63,971 bases of DNA from a virus (IMGVR_UViG_3300037608_000035:1-63971), one strand, 5' to 3'. Numbered from the stretch's first letter, positions 8,087 through 18,428 are shown. Numbers and translations: made by a program. Notes: generated by a model not told the origin, from the letters alone.

Positions 8087-8630
8087 CTTGAAATTTGCAG
8101 AGCTTATGGCTGTGCTGGCTGAGGTTTATGACGACGGACGGCCTCCGAGCAAGCTCAAGATGGAGGTGTATTTCCGGGCGCTTGAGCAATTTGGAATTGA
8201 TGACATTGAGCGAGCCGTCAAGGAGTTGATTTATACCAGGACAACAGCCTCATTTCCAAAGCCCGCAGAAATTATACAGGCAATTCGTGGCACGGTATCA
8301 AACCAGGCAACACTGGCATGGCTCGATGTTCTGGAAACGGTAAAGCGCGTTGGTCATTATCAAAGCGTGAAGTTCTCTAATCCAGTGATTCATTCGGTGA
8401 TAGAGGTAATGGGTGGCTGGGTAAGGTTGGCCAGCGAAATGACCACAGACGAAGAAAAATGGAAACAGCGCGAATTTGAAAGGCTTTATGAAGTGCTTTT
8501 AAGAAACCCACGGGGGAAACATCCCGATTATCTTCCAGGGTGGATCGAAATAGACAACGCTGCCAAGGGCCATGAGGCCGAGTTCGGGATAGTGAAAATA
8601 GGGTTTGAAAGACTCCAGTTAGTAGGGTGA
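8073..8630 (+). CDS. DUF6475-like replication accessory protein (helicase loader/inhibitor-like)
   Basis: FPKPAEII and SVKFSNPVIHSVIEVMGGW motifs; follows initiator. Confidence 0.7.
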   Translation: MQQDDLKFAELMAVLAEVYDDGRPPSKLKMEVYFRALEQFGIDDIERAVKELIYTRTTASFPKPAEIIQAIRGTVSNQATLAWLDVLETVKRVGHYQSVKFSNPVIHSVIEVMGGWVRLASEMTTDEEKWKQREFERLYEVLLRNPRGKHPDYLPGWIEIDNAAKGHEAEFGIVKIGFERLQLVG

Positions 8631-8650
8631 TCAAAAAAGGAGGAAATGCA

Positions 8651-8935
8651 ATGCAAATGCAGCCAGTTAAATCAAGCAACGTCAAGGCAGTCGGTTATGA
8701 TGAGGAAAATAAAACGCTCCAGGTGGAATTCCGGTCGGGCGGGATCTATCAGTACCCGGGAGTGCCGCCGGAAATGTACGCCGATCTCCTGGCAGCGGAG
8801 TCAGTCGGCCGGTTCGTCTCCCAGGTGGTTAGGGCCGGGCGGAAGGGGATGAAGATCGAGGAGGAGAAGAAAGATGCTAACCACGGAAGAAGAAGCGAAA
8901 ACCAAGTGGTGCCCAATGGTGCGGACGTCCGTTGA
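8651..8935 (+). CDS. KTSC domain protein
   Basis: PVKSSNVKAVGYD...LQVEFRSGGIYQY...AESVGRF; AGGAGG RBS. Confidence 0.85.
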   Translation: MQMQPVKSSNVKAVGYDEENKTLQVEFRSGGIYQYPGVPPEMYADLLAAESVGRFVSQVVRAGRKGMKIEEEKKDANHGRRSENQVVPNGADVR

Positions 8936-9266
8936 TGAGGCCGTGGGGATAAATAGGTGGGAGAATGACCTCCAATCGTCAAGCAACTACAGGTGTCTCG
9001 CCTCGGACTGCATGATGTGGCGGTGGGAAGAAATGCCGGAGCCGATCATCGTGTATGCCGGTCGGGTTCTTACTGAGCCATGTGGGCGGAGTGAAGGGAT
9101 GAAGTACATAAAAAAAGAGCCGGTGCGCCCTCCCGAAGTCGGGAAGAAATGGGAATATAAAGGCGAAGAAGACCGGCTCTTTACTGACTTCTTCTGGCAT
9201 GAACCAGCAGTTGAAACGGCTGCTCGTCGATGTGGTTATTGCGGCCTTGCGGGGAGGCCGGAATGA
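8874..9266 (+). CDS. Cys-rich hypothetical phage protein
   Basis: TEEEAKTKWCP...CLASDCMMWRW...GYCGLAGRP. Confidence 0.7.
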   Translation: MLTTEEEAKTKWCPMVRTSVDEAVGINRWENDLQSSSNYRCLASDCMMWRWEEMPEPIIVYAGRVLTEPCGRSEGMKYIKKEPVRPPEVGKKWEYKGEEDRLFTDFFWHEPAVETAARRCGYCGLAGRPE

Positions 9267-9679
9267 GAGTCCCTATATTCCGAGGCGGGGATTGTAAGCA
9301 AGACCTGAAACGAACAAGGGGGGCTGACGGTAGGTGGATCAAAGCCAAACGCACGCCCCTACGAATCCGCTGCACAAAAGAAGATGCAGAGAAAAAAAAA
9401 GAGGAACGGCTTAAAAAATATATTGAGCTGGGCATGGATGAGTTTCCCCTATTGTTTGAGCGGCTTACCTATAAAAAGTTAAAAAAGTGCGACTTAATCA
9501 AATGGGCTGTGGGTAGAATACAGGAACAACGAAAGCTATCAACAGTTGACAGGAGTAGGCTTCCCGGGTGGCTGTGGTACATGAAACGTCGGCCGGAGTA
9601 TTTCAAGCAGGTATTCAAGCGGGATTTTTCGGAGGTTGCGGCCAAAGAGGAATACCGGAAAATAAATGGAGGCGGCTGA
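9263..9679 (+). CDS. Basic hypothetical protein
   Basis: GGAGG RBS; ATGA/TGATG coupling on both sides. Confidence 0.65.
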   Translation: MRVPIFRGGDCKQDLKRTRGADGRWIKAKRTPLRIRCTKEDAEKKKEERLKKYIELGMDEFPLLFERLTYKKLKKCDLIKWAVGRIQEQRKLSTVDRSRLPGWLWYMKRRPEYFKQVFKRDFSEVAAKEEYRKINGGG

Positions 9680-9861
9680 TGGGCAAAAGCCTGGTAGGGA
9701 AAAAAGAGATCACGGTTTACGCCAGACGGTCTTGGATGACTATCAGGAAATGGATTAAAGCCGAACAGTTCCCCGCACGGAAAATTGACGGGGTCTGGGA
9801 GTCAGATTCAGCCCTTATAGATGAATGGAAACGCACCAAAATAAAACCCGGTCAAGAGTAA
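9679..9861 (+). CDS. AlpA/excisionase-like HTH protein, candidate late activator
   Basis: KKEITVYARRSWMTIRKWIKAEQFPARKIDGVW; immediately upstream of terS. Confidence 0.7.
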   Translation: MGKSLVGKKEITVYARRSWMTIRKWIKAEQFPARKIDGVWESDSALIDEWKRTKIKPGQE

Positions 9862-9880
9862 AAGAGTGGATAAAAACGTA

Positions 9881-9937
9881 TCGTAGCTGGTCATAGCTGG
9901 TCATACACGGATACCCCCCCAAAACATGCCTTATAAT
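9881..9937 (+). promoter_or_regulatory. Putative late promoter: three 10-bp tandem repeats and TATAAT, leaderless terS
   Basis: TCGTAGCTGG/TCATAGCTGG/TCATACACGG at 9881-9910; TATAAT 9932-9937; no -35; ATG 7 nt downstream. Confidence 0.65.
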
Positions 9938-9944
9938 TCGGGCC

Positions 9945-10604
9945 ATGAAAACAGCGGCCCCCAATTCAAACAAAACCAAAAAACCTAAAAAGCGCGGCAT
10001 TTCTCGCGCAAAATCCCAGAAAAACCCCCAAGAATCCCCCAAACATCGGCCTCTTTCACGCAAACAACAGATTTTTGTCTCGGAATACCTCATCGACCTC
10101 AACGGGACACAAGCCGCAATCCGCGCTGGATACAGCAAAGAGTACGCTAATAGGTGCGCCGTCCAGTTACTGTCAAATATAGTTATTAAAGAGGCGGTTG
10201 ACCGGGAAATCGAGGCCAGAAAGGCCCGGAACATCATCTCAGCAGATGAAATTCTCCAAATGGTTGCCGATCTGATCAGGTCTGATATGGCCGATTTCGT
10301 TGAAATTGACGAGGGCGGCGCGATCAGGGCACTCCCTCTTGACGGTCTGGCTGAGGGGCGGAGCAAGCTCATTAAAAAGGTCAAAGAGAAGCGCACCATC
10401 AAGTCAACCGCCGAGGGCGATCAGGTCCTCGAATCTACCTATGAATTCGAGTTGCACGATAAGATCAAACCTATTGAATTGGGTATGCGTCACCTGGGGA
10501 TGCTGGTCGAGAAACAGGAGATCGACCTGAAGCAGCCGATAAACCTCACGATCAAGAAGTTTTACCGCAAACCGGCAGCGCCCGTGCCAAAGGAACAGGA
10601 ATGA
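9945..10604 (+). CDS. terS: Terminase small subunit
   Basis: KQQIFVSEYLIDLNGTQAAIRAGYS signature. Confidence 0.92.
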   Translation: MKTAAPNSNKTKKPKKRGISRAKSQKNPQESPKHRPLSRKQQIFVSEYLIDLNGTQAAIRAGYSKEYANRCAVQLLSNIVIKEAVDREIEARKARNIISADEILQMVADLIRSDMADFVEIDEGGAIRALPLDGLAEGRSKLIKKVKEKRTIKSTAEGDQVLESTYEFELHDKIKPIELGMRHLGMLVEKQEIDLKQPINLTIKKFYRKPAAPVPKEQE

Positions 10605-11971
10605 ACCCATCATCCGCAGCCCTGGCCATGACCCAAAACTATGAGCTTCCCGCCTATGGCTGGGAGCCGCGCGATGATCAGATGGACCTCTGGGAGTACC
10701 TTCAGGGCGGCGGAAAGAGGGCCGTCGAGGTTGCCCATCGTCGCTGGGGCAAGGATGAGATCGCGCTTTACATCACCGCGGCAGCCGCACAAGAGCGGAT
10801 CGGGAACTACTGGCACATGCTCCCGCAATACAATCAGTGTCGGAAGGCAATCTGGGAGGCGGTCAACCCCCGGACAGGCAAGAGAAGGATCGACGAGGCG
10901 TTTCCGGAGTATATCCGGGCCGCTGAACGCTCAACGGATATGTACATCCGGTTTACCAACGGTGCAAGCTGGCAGCTGGTGGGCTCGGATAACTTCGATG
11001 CCCTGGTCGGATCACCGCCCATCGGGATCGTCTTCTCGGAGTACGCGCTATCAGACCCTCGATCCTGGGCCTATCTGTCGCCGATTCTTGAGGAAAACGA
11101 CGGCTGGGCAGCCTTCATATCAACAAGCCGCGGCAATAACCACCTGAAACAGATGCTGGATTTCGCCCGGATCACGCCGGGATGGTTCGCTCAGGTCCTC
11201 ACGGCCAACGATACGCCGGTCTTTACGAAGCAAAAGCTACTGGAGATCAGGGCGGAGCTCATCGGGACGTTCGGAGAAGAGCTTGGCGAGGCCATGTACG
11301 AGCAGGAATATCATTGCTCGTTCCAGGGTGCGGTGCTGGGCTCTTACTACGCGAAGCAAATGGCAATCGCCCGGAAAGAGGGCAGGATTACACGCGTACC
11401 TTATGAAACAGGGCTCGAAGTCTATACGTTCTGGGATCTGGGTGTGGATGACTCGACGACGATCTGGTTCGGCCAGTTTGTCGGCAAGGAAACCCGCTGG
11501 ATCGACTACCACGAAGCGACCGGGATGGGACTCGCCTACTACGCGAAGGTCCTGAAAGACAAGGGCTATGTCTATGGCGACCATTACCTTCCTCACGACG
11601 CGGCCGTCAGGGAGCTTTCATCCGGCGAGCGGGCGAAGTCCAGGGAAGAGGTTGCAAACGATCTGGGTATCAAGCCCACGATCATTGTTGATCGGGCTCG
11701 GAACATTGACGCGGTGCTGATGGGTATCGAGGCAGGGCGCAACGCCATTGGAACGTGCTGGTTCGACGAGACCAGGTGCGCGAAGGGCATTGCGGCGCTG
11801 GAAGGCTACCGGTCAGAGTACGACGAGGAGAAGAAGGTGCTGGGCAAGGCCCCCCTGCATGATTGGTGCAGCCACGGTGCGGACGCCTTCAGGACCTACG
11901 CTGTGGGCTATCAGTCAAAGCGGATAGTGAGAGAAAGCACGAGGAGGAGGGCGTCAGGATGGACCGCATAA
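10601..11971 (+). CDS. terL: Terminase large subunit
   Basis: AHRRWGKD Walker A, IVFSEY Walker B, WDLGVDD and SHGADAFR nuclease motifs. Confidence 0.92.
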   Translation: MNPSSAALAMTQNYELPAYGWEPRDDQMDLWEYLQGGGKRAVEVAHRRWGKDEIALYITAAAAQERIGNYWHMLPQYNQCRKAIWEAVNPRTGKRRIDEAFPEYIRAAERSTDMYIRFTNGASWQLVGSDNFDALVGSPPIGIVFSEYALSDPRSWAYLSPILEENDGWAAFISTSRGNNHLKQMLDFARITPGWFAQVLTANDTPVFTKQKLLEIRAELIGTFGEELGEAMYEQEYHCSFQGAVLGSYYAKQMAIARKEGRITRVPYETGLEVYTFWDLGVDDSTTIWFGQFVGKETRWIDYHEATGMGLAYYAKVLKDKGYVYGDHYLPHDAAVRELSSGERAKSREEVANDLGIKPTIIVDRARNIDAVLMGIEAGRNAIGTCWFDETRCAKGIAALEGYRSEYDEEKKVLGKAPLHDWCSHGADAFRTYAVGYQSKRIVRESTRRRASGWTA

Positions 11972-12360
11972 GCGCAGTGCGACGCGAGCTTGGCTATTAC
12001 AAGGGTGCCCCGGCTATGGTTCTGAAGCCGGGCGTCAGGGACAACGGGAAGCGATTCATCATTAAGATAGATGACTTATGGAAGTATAGCGACACGCACA
12101 ATCCGCAGTTCGAGGAATTCATTGTCAATAAGGTCGTTCAACTCTGCCAGCTATTTGAGATCAACGTCCCGAAGGGCGAAGTTCTGTTTGTGCAGCTCAT
12201 GGCGAGCATTGCGGACACGATCATGGCAGGGATCGACGAGGTTGTGAAGATGACGCCGTACCGGGAAGGGCACGATGACCCGAACACGGTTCTGGGTCGG
12301 CCGGAGCCGTTGAAGGAAGGCGAAGAGCCCCCAGAGCTCAGGGTAAGGATGATGCAATGA
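11959..12360 (+). CDS. Hypothetical protein between terL and portal
   Basis: GAGGAGGAGG RBS; ATGA overlap with portal. Confidence 0.7.
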   Translation: MDRISAVRRELGYYKGAPAMVLKPGVRDNGKRFIIKIDDLWKYSDTHNPQFEEFIVNKVVQLCQLFEINVPKGEVLFVQLMASIADTIMAGIDEVVKMTPYREGHDDPNTVLGRPEPLKEGEEPPELRVRMMQ

Positions 12361-14678
12361 GCACGGAGCAGCCCCGAAGGATCGAGAACATCAGGAAGAT
12401 CGAGGAATACACGCCGAAACAGTTCGATCCCAAAGAACACGTCGAGGCGCTTGGCCTTGAGAAGCCCCCGGAAGGGATTCACGAGCTGGACAAGGAAGAG
12501 GTACGCAAGCGCTTTTCGAGGGTGCAGTCATGGTTTGCCCAGGAGCGAGCCCGTCAGCTTGAATTCAGGCGTGAAAGTATGCTGGACCATGAGTTTTACG
12601 ACGGTGAGCAATGGACGCAAGAGGAAAAGGCAGCCCTTGAGAAGCGTGCCCAGGTGCCCATCACCTTCAATCAGGTCAAGCCCACGGTTGATTGGGTGCT
12701 GGGGACCGAGCGAAAGATCAGAGTGGACTACCGGATACTTCCCAGGGGGCCGGAGGACGCAAAGAACGCGGAGACAAAGACGAAGCTCTTCAAGTACCTG
12801 AGCGACGTAAACAACGCCGGGCACAAGCGGTCAAAGTCGTTTGCCGATACGGTGCTGGCGGGTGTGGGATGGATAGACCACGGGATCAACAGCGACCCGG
12901 ACAATGAAATCATCACGATTGGTTATGAGGACTGGCGCAACGTGTGGCATGACAGCCTGGCGCAGGAGGATGACCTGTCGGATGCCCGCTATCTCTTCAG
13001 GGGCAAGTGGGTGGATGTCGATGTGGCGTGCGCGATGTTCCCAGACCGGGCCGACGTGATCAACGCCTCGGTTATCAGTCCCGGCGAGGGGATTGATTCC
13101 TTCCTGTCCATCGTTGACCCGGCTTATGATCCCAGAATGTCGGGCAGTATTACCTACGGATCGCTTGAGCGTCAATACACAGGCTTTTTCGGATACATAG
13201 GCGGACAGTACGAGGTCGAGCCGCGGGACCGGGTGTTTCTGGTCGAGTGCTGGTACAAGATACCGGCACGCAAGAAGATATTGAAAGGCAAGGATCTGGG
13301 GCCGCTTCAGGGCGTCACCTACCATGATGACGATCCAACCCACCAGGAGCTTGTCAATCTGGGGATCGGCCAGCCTGTCGAGACGACCATGATGGAAATC
13401 AGGCAAATGATCTTCACCGGCAACGCTGTCCTTCAGGATGTCGAGTCGCCCTATCGCCATAAGCGATTTACGCTTGTGCCCATCTGGGGATTCCGTCGAA
13501 AGAAGGATGGCACGCCCTACGGGATCGTCCGTAACCTCAGAGACCCGCAGAAAGACCTGAACAAGCGCCGGAGCAAAGCCCTTTATCTGTTGTCGTCGAA
13601 CCGCGTCATTGCGGATGATGATGCAATCACCGGGACCGACCAGAGCTGGGATGACATCGTGGCCGAGGCCAACCGCCCGGATGGATTGATCAAGATCAAC
13701 CCGAAGAGCAATAGGGGGATTGAGATCACGCGCGAAGAGAAGATGGCCAGGGAGCACGTCGCCCTCATGGATCAGGATGAAAAGTATATCCAGAGCGCGT
13801 CAGGCGTCACCGATGAGCTCATGGGCCGGGATACCAACGCCGTATCAGGCAAGGCGATCAGGGCGCGTCAGGAGCAAGGTGGCGTCGTCACCACAGCCTT
13901 TTTTGACAACGCCCGGCTGGCCTTCAAGCTATCGGGCGAGATCCTGCTATCCATGCTGGAGCAGTTCTGCACCGAGGAAAAGACGATCAGGATCACCGGC
14001 GGAGAAAACGGCAAGAGCCCGGAGTTCCTTGAGATCAACAAGACCAACCCGGAGACGGGAGAGATCACTGGAGACATTACGGCAAGACAGGCGGATTTCG
14101 TCATAAGTGAGCAGGATTTCAGCGCAACCATCAGAGAGGCCATGTTCCAGAGCATGACAGAGCTCGTCAAGACCATGCAGCCGGAAGCGTCGATCCAGAT
14201 CCTTGACCTCGTGTTTGAGCTGTCCGACCTGCCCGGCAAAGAGAAATTCGTTGATAGACTGCGATCCCTCACCGGCCAGAGGAGTACAGAGGGAGAGCCG
14301 ACACCGGAAGAGATGGCAGCGGATCAGGCCAAGCAACAGGCGGCACAACAGGCAGCCGAGGCCCAGAACGCGATCCTTCAGACCCAACTTGCAGCCGAAC
14401 AGGCCAAGGTCAAGAAGCTCGAACAGGAGACCCAGCTCATCGCGGCCAAGATCAAGACAGAGTCCGTCCAGCAGCAAGTGAGCGCCGCGGGCGTCGATTA
14501 CGACCGGGAGAAGCTCAAGATTGAAAAGGCTTCGACCATGAACGCGATTGAGAGCAGCGAGCACGGCCGTTCGATGATGGAGAGGACAGCGGATCGGGAA
14601 GACAAGCTGATAAAGCACAAGGATACGGCAGGAAGAGCGGTCGAGAGGGGATTGAAGAGCAATAACCGGAAAAAATAG
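12357..14678 (+). CDS. Portal protein (P22-like)
   Basis: FYDGEQW, PITFNQVKP, GIVRNLRDPQKDLNKRRSK, SGKAIRARQEQG; C-terminal barrel coiled coil. Confidence 0.9.
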   Translation: MSTEQPRRIENIRKIEEYTPKQFDPKEHVEALGLEKPPEGIHELDKEEVRKRFSRVQSWFAQERARQLEFRRESMLDHEFYDGEQWTQEEKAALEKRAQVPITFNQVKPTVDWVLGTERKIRVDYRILPRGPEDAKNAETKTKLFKYLSDVNNAGHKRSKSFADTVLAGVGWIDHGINSDPDNEIITIGYEDWRNVWHDSLAQEDDLSDARYLFRGKWVDVDVACAMFPDRADVINASVISPGEGIDSFLSIVDPAYDPRMSGSITYGSLERQYTGFFGYIGGQYEVEPRDRVFLVECWYKIPARKKILKGKDLGPLQGVTYHDDDPTHQELVNLGIGQPVETTMMEIRQMIFTGNAVLQDVESPYRHKRFTLVPIWGFRRKKDGTPYGIVRNLRDPQKDLNKRRSKALYLLSSNRVIADDDAITGTDQSWDDIVAEANRPDGLIKINPKSNRGIEITREEKMAREHVALMDQDEKYIQSASGVTDELMGRDTNAVSGKAIRARQEQGGVVTTAFFDNARLAFKLSGEILLSMLEQFCTEEKTIRITGGENGKSPEFLEINKTNPETGEITGDITARQADFVISEQDFSATIREAMFQSMTELVKTMQPEASIQILDLVFELSDLPGKEKFVDRLRSLTGQRSTEGEPTPEEMAADQAKQQAAQQAAEAQNAILQTQLAAEQAKVKKLEQETQLIAAKIKTESVQQQVSAAGVDYDREKLKIEKASTMNAIESSEHGRSMMERTADREDKLIKHKDTAGRAVERGLKSNNRKK

Positions 14679-14778
14679 GGGTTCATCCAAGGTCTGATCA
14701 ACCGCGGATGACGCAAGAACAACGAACGGCGGCATTAGGGTGCCCTAACACTCTTTTGTCGCCGTTTTTTGTTGCCCC
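14678..14778 (+). promoter_or_regulatory. Structured intergenic RNA element / attenuator-like
   Basis: TCATCC..GGT-CTGATCA-ACC..GGATGA hairpin, then AACGGCGGCA...TGTCGCCGTT stem with nested TTAGGG/CCCTAA and T-tract. Confidence 0.55.
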
Positions 14779-14812
14779 GACCACAAACCAAGACAGAGAG
14801 GAGAGGAAAGAC

Positions 14813-15811
14813 ATGGGAAAGATCACGGAAGATGAAATGGCAAGACTGACGGACGAGGAAAAGGCGGCGCTGGACGGTGACGCGGACGTGATGAGCACAG
14901 AGGAGATCAAGGCCGCAGAGGAAGCCGCAGCTAAAGAGGCCGCAGAGGCGGCCATGACGGACGAGGAGAGGGCGGCCAAGAAGGCCGAGGACGACAGGAT
15001 CGAAGAGGAAGCCAAGGCCAAGGCGGCGGCAGACGCAGAGGCGGCAGCCAAAGCACAGGCCGACAAGGAAGCGGAGGACAAGAGAAGGGCTGATGATGCG
15101 GAAGCAGCAGAGAAGGCCAAAGCGGCAGCAGCGGCGGCAGCACCGGCAGCACCGGACCCGGCCTTTGTCCTGAAAGAGCAGAGTGCAAAGACAGCGGAAG
15201 CAACAGCCGCGCTCGACGCGAAGCTCGAAGAGGGCGAGATCACGCTCGCCGAGTATAACAAGCAATTACGAGACCTTTTGTATGCAGACATCAACGAGCA
15301 GGTCCTGAAAGGGGCAGCGGAAAAGTCATGGAAGGACTCCCAGAGGGCGTTTTACGAGCAAAACCCGGAGTATTCGGGCGCTCCGATAGCCCTTGAAGGA
15401 GATACGCCGGAGGTTGCAGCGGCAAGGGCGCGGGCCATGAACCTGACCCTCGTGGATGCAGTCAACACGATACTGGCCACCGACGAGTCGAAGAAGATGA
15501 CCGATGCCCAGATTTTCGCGCTGGCAAAAGAACGGTGTGACGGCGTGTATAAACCGCGACAGCCCAAGGCAGATCCGGGCGATCAGGCGGCAGCAGAAGC
15601 CGCAGCCAGGAAAAAGGCCCTCGATGACGCCAAGGCGGCAGAGCTGGCCAAGGCAGCCGGAGTCATAACGCTCAAGGACGTGCCCGCAGCAGATTCCTCG
15701 ATGGCCGATGACAAGTTCGACATGATCGACAAGCTCGAAGGAGACGCATACCAAAACGCAATCGCGAGACTGAGCGACGCAGATAGAGCGGCGTACGCAG
15801 CCCGTCCGTAG
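14813..15811 (+). CDS. Scaffolding protein
   Basis: Acidic Ala/Glu/Lys-rich helical protein between portal and capsid; strong RBS. Confidence 0.75.
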   Translation: MGKITEDEMARLTDEEKAALDGDADVMSTEEIKAAEEAAAKEAAEAAMTDEERAAKKAEDDRIEEEAKAKAAADAEAAAKAQADKEAEDKRRADDAEAAEKAKAAAAAAAPAAPDPAFVLKEQSAKTAEATAALDAKLEEGEITLAEYNKQLRDLLYADINEQVLKGAAEKSWKDSQRAFYEQNPEYSGAPIALEGDTPEVAAARARAMNLTLVDAVNTILATDESKKMTDAQIFALAKERCDGVYKPRQPKADPGDQAAAEAAARKKALDDAKAAELAKAAGVITLKDVPAADSSMADDKFDMIDKLEGDAYQNAIARLSDADRAAYAARP

Positions 15812-15948
15812 GCGCGTGCAGGCAAATATAAAGTTCCCGCGTTCTGGTTCAAACATAGCCAGCCCGTGATCGGGAAGTGATGAGGGAAGAGGAAGAGTAC
15901 GGAAGCGAACAACATAACATATTCTCAATCACTTAGGAGGTAATAGTC

Positions 15949-17049
15949 ATGGGACAAACGATCATCGGTGTAAATGACCCGAAAGCCGTAAAGAAGTATT
16001 CGGCATTTCTGGCTATCGACGTGGCGCGGGACAGCTACTTCTCCCGCAAGTTCATGGGCGCAGAAGGAAGCTCAATGCCCATCCAGGAAGTCAAAGACCT
16101 TGAGAGCACGGCAGGAGACAAGGTGTCCTTCGACCTCTCCATGCAGCTCAGAATGAAACCGGTGGAAGGGGACTCGCCTCTGACGGGGAAAGAAGAGGAT
16201 CTGAAGTTCTACACGGATGACGTCCTCATCAATCAGATGAGAGGCGGCGTCAACACGGGCGGCAGGATGACCCAGAAGCGGACCATCCATCAGCTTCGCG
16301 ACATCGCACGAGTGCGGCAGTCCGAATGGTGGGCGCGGGTATATGACGAGCTCTTCTTCATGTACCTGTCAGGGATGCGCGGAATCAACGAGGAATTCAT
16401 TTTCGATACCGCTTACCCGGGATTCGCGGGCAACGCCTTCAATGCGCCGGACGCCGGGCATCTCCTTTATCCGGGCACGACCACGAACGCGACCATCACA
16501 AGCGGCGACAAGATCTCCCTGGCCCTGATCGACAAGGCCGTGGCAGTGGCCTCGATGATGGGCGGCGGCACCCAGGGTGTCCCGAAGATTCAGCCGATCC
16601 TCATCAACGGCGAGAAGCACTTCGTCCTGGTGATGAACCCGTGGCAGGTGTACGACCTTCGGGCGACCACGGGCGGCGCGGGCTGGCTCGACATCCAGAA
16701 AGCAGCGGCAGCAGCGGAAGGACGGAAAAATCCGATCTTCACCGGAGGCTTGGGTATGTATAACAACGTGGTTTTACATGACCATCAGGCCGTTATCCGG
16801 TTCATGGCCGGTGCGGCAAGCCCACAGGCCGTTCCCTGCGCCCGTGCACTCTTCATGGGTGTCCAGGCGGCCGTCATTGCCTTCGGAAGCAAAGGCAACG
16901 GGCTCCGATTCGGCTGGTACGAAGAGGAGCGGGACAGTGGCAACCAGGTCGTGATCTCTACGCACTCGATCTTCGGCATCAGCAAGGTGCAGTTCAACAG
17001 CCTGGATTTCGGGATCATGGCAATCGACACGGCAGCCGCACAGCCTTGA
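15949..17049 (+). CDS. Major capsid protein, N4-gp56 family
   Basis: MGQTIIGVNDPKAVKKYS, AGDKVSFDLSMQL, NPIFTGGLGMYNNVVLH, DFGIMAIDTAA. Confidence 0.9.
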   Translation: MGQTIIGVNDPKAVKKYSAFLAIDVARDSYFSRKFMGAEGSSMPIQEVKDLESTAGDKVSFDLSMQLRMKPVEGDSPLTGKEEDLKFYTDDVLINQMRGGVNTGGRMTQKRTIHQLRDIARVRQSEWWARVYDELFFMYLSGMRGINEEFIFDTAYPGFAGNAFNAPDAGHLLYPGTTTNATITSGDKISLALIDKAVAVASMMGGGTQGVPKIQPILINGEKHFVLVMNPWQVYDLRATTGGAGWLDIQKAAAAAEGRKNPIFTGGLGMYNNVVLHDHQAVIRFMAGAASPQAVPCARALFMGVQAAVIAFGSKGNGLRFGWYEEERDSGNQVVISTHSIFGISKVQFNSLDFGIMAIDTAAAQP

Positions 17050-17117
17050 TGACAGGGAGTAACGAGCAATGACGTCGGGGAAGGCCCCACCCAATAACGA
17101 GTAAAGGAGAAACGACT

Positions 17118-17561
17118 ATGTTGAAATCAGCAAATGTAGCAGGAGCCCAGCCTGCGGTCTATCCCGACGAGGCGGGAAAGGTTCTGGTGAGCGACGGCAT
17201 ATATGAGATCACCGCCGCTCTGAACGTGGATGAGCAGATCGTCGCGCTGTGCATTCTTCCGGCAAGATGCGTCCCGCTTGATTTTACGGTCGTCATTGAC
17301 GACATCGACAATGGCGGGACCGCCCATGTTTTCAACGCCGGAGGGATCAACGCCGCCGGAGACGACCTGGATTATATCATGATCTCCGGGTCCACTGCGG
17401 GACAGGCGGGCGGTGTTGCCCGGGCGGCACTCTTCCCGGACTTCACCCCGCAGGATACCGAGAAGCTCTTTGGGATCATGACCAAGACGGCTGCGGGAAC
17501 CCCCGCGGCAGGCACAATTCGGGCGATTCTTTCCTATCGTTCCGAAGAGTACGGGGGATAA
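17118..17561 (+). CDS. Capsid decoration/cement-like virion protein
   Basis: Follows capsid; LPARCVPLD motif; paralogous to 17592-18428. Confidence 0.65.
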   Translation: MLKSANVAGAQPAVYPDEAGKVLVSDGIYEITAALNVDEQIVALCILPARCVPLDFTVVIDDIDNGGTAHVFNAGGINAAGDDLDYIMISGSTAGQAGGVARAALFPDFTPQDTEKLFGIMTKTAAGTPAAGTIRAILSYRSEEYGG

Positions 17562-17591
17562 TCTCCGGGAAGGATAAGGAGGAAAGTCAAT

Positions 17592-18428
17592 ATGTACACA
17601 AAATCAAAGGCAGTTGCAGGGGGCAGGCCCCCTGTATTCCCGGCGGCAGCGGGGAATCTCCTGGTGGCGGATTCTTCTATTGAAGTGCTCGCCGCTCAGA
17701 TCGCCTTAAATGGGCTGGTGGGACTGATGATATTGCCAGCCGGATGCGTTCCCGTTGATTTTACTCTCATCGAGGACGATCTGGACACGGGAACTGCTCT
17801 TGTCCAGGCGGTGGGGGTTCTCAACGCAACCGAGGATGACCTCGTGGGGAGCACAAACTTTCTGACGGGGTCCACCATCGGAAGGGCCGGAGGCATCGCA
17901 CGAGCGGCAGCTTTTCCGGACGCCCTCGTGGCACCATCGGCATCGGACCGTGTGATCGCCATTAAAACGACCACCGGCGGGATTCTCCCTGTAAAGGCCA
18001 CCGCAACAGTTACATCGAACGGCACGAATGTCACCGCTAACGACACCGTTACGGTCAACGGGAAGGCGTATAAGTTCGTCGAGGTGCCCGCAGATGAGGG
18101 TGACGTTGACATCGGGACAAATGCAGCCGGAACCCTCGCGAACCTCAAGCTGGCCATTAACCGCACAGACCCCACCACCAATGATGGCGTCAAGTACAAA
18201 TGTGCGGCGGCTCACACGACTGTGGCGGCGACAACCATTACCGACACCGTGTTGACGCTTGAGGCCCTTGCCGAGGGCGCGGGCGGGAACGCCTACACGC
18301 TCGCGAAGTCGGCGGTGACTCTTACCGTTCCCGCGGAAGAATTTGACGGCGGCGTGACGGCGGTGCCTCTCCAGGGAGGGACCATTCGTGGAATTTTAAC
18401 TTACCGTTCCGAGGAATACGGTCGGTAA
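17592..18428 (+). CDS. Decoration-protein paralog with ~120-aa inserted beta domain
   Basis: Shares LPAGCVPVD and GTIRGILTYRSEEYG with 17118-17561; insert VKATATVT...FDGG. Confidence 0.65.
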   Translation: MYTKSKAVAGGRPPVFPAAAGNLLVADSSIEVLAAQIALNGLVGLMILPAGCVPVDFTLIEDDLDTGTALVQAVGVLNATEDDLVGSTNFLTGSTIGRAGGIARAAAFPDALVAPSASDRVIAIKTTTGGILPVKATATVTSNGTNVTANDTVTVNGKAYKFVEVPADEGDVDIGTNAAGTLANLKLAINRTDPTTNDGVKYKCAAAHTTVAATTITDTVLTLEALAEGAGGNAYTLAKSAVTLTVPAEEFDGGVTAVPLQGGTIRGILTYRSEEYGR

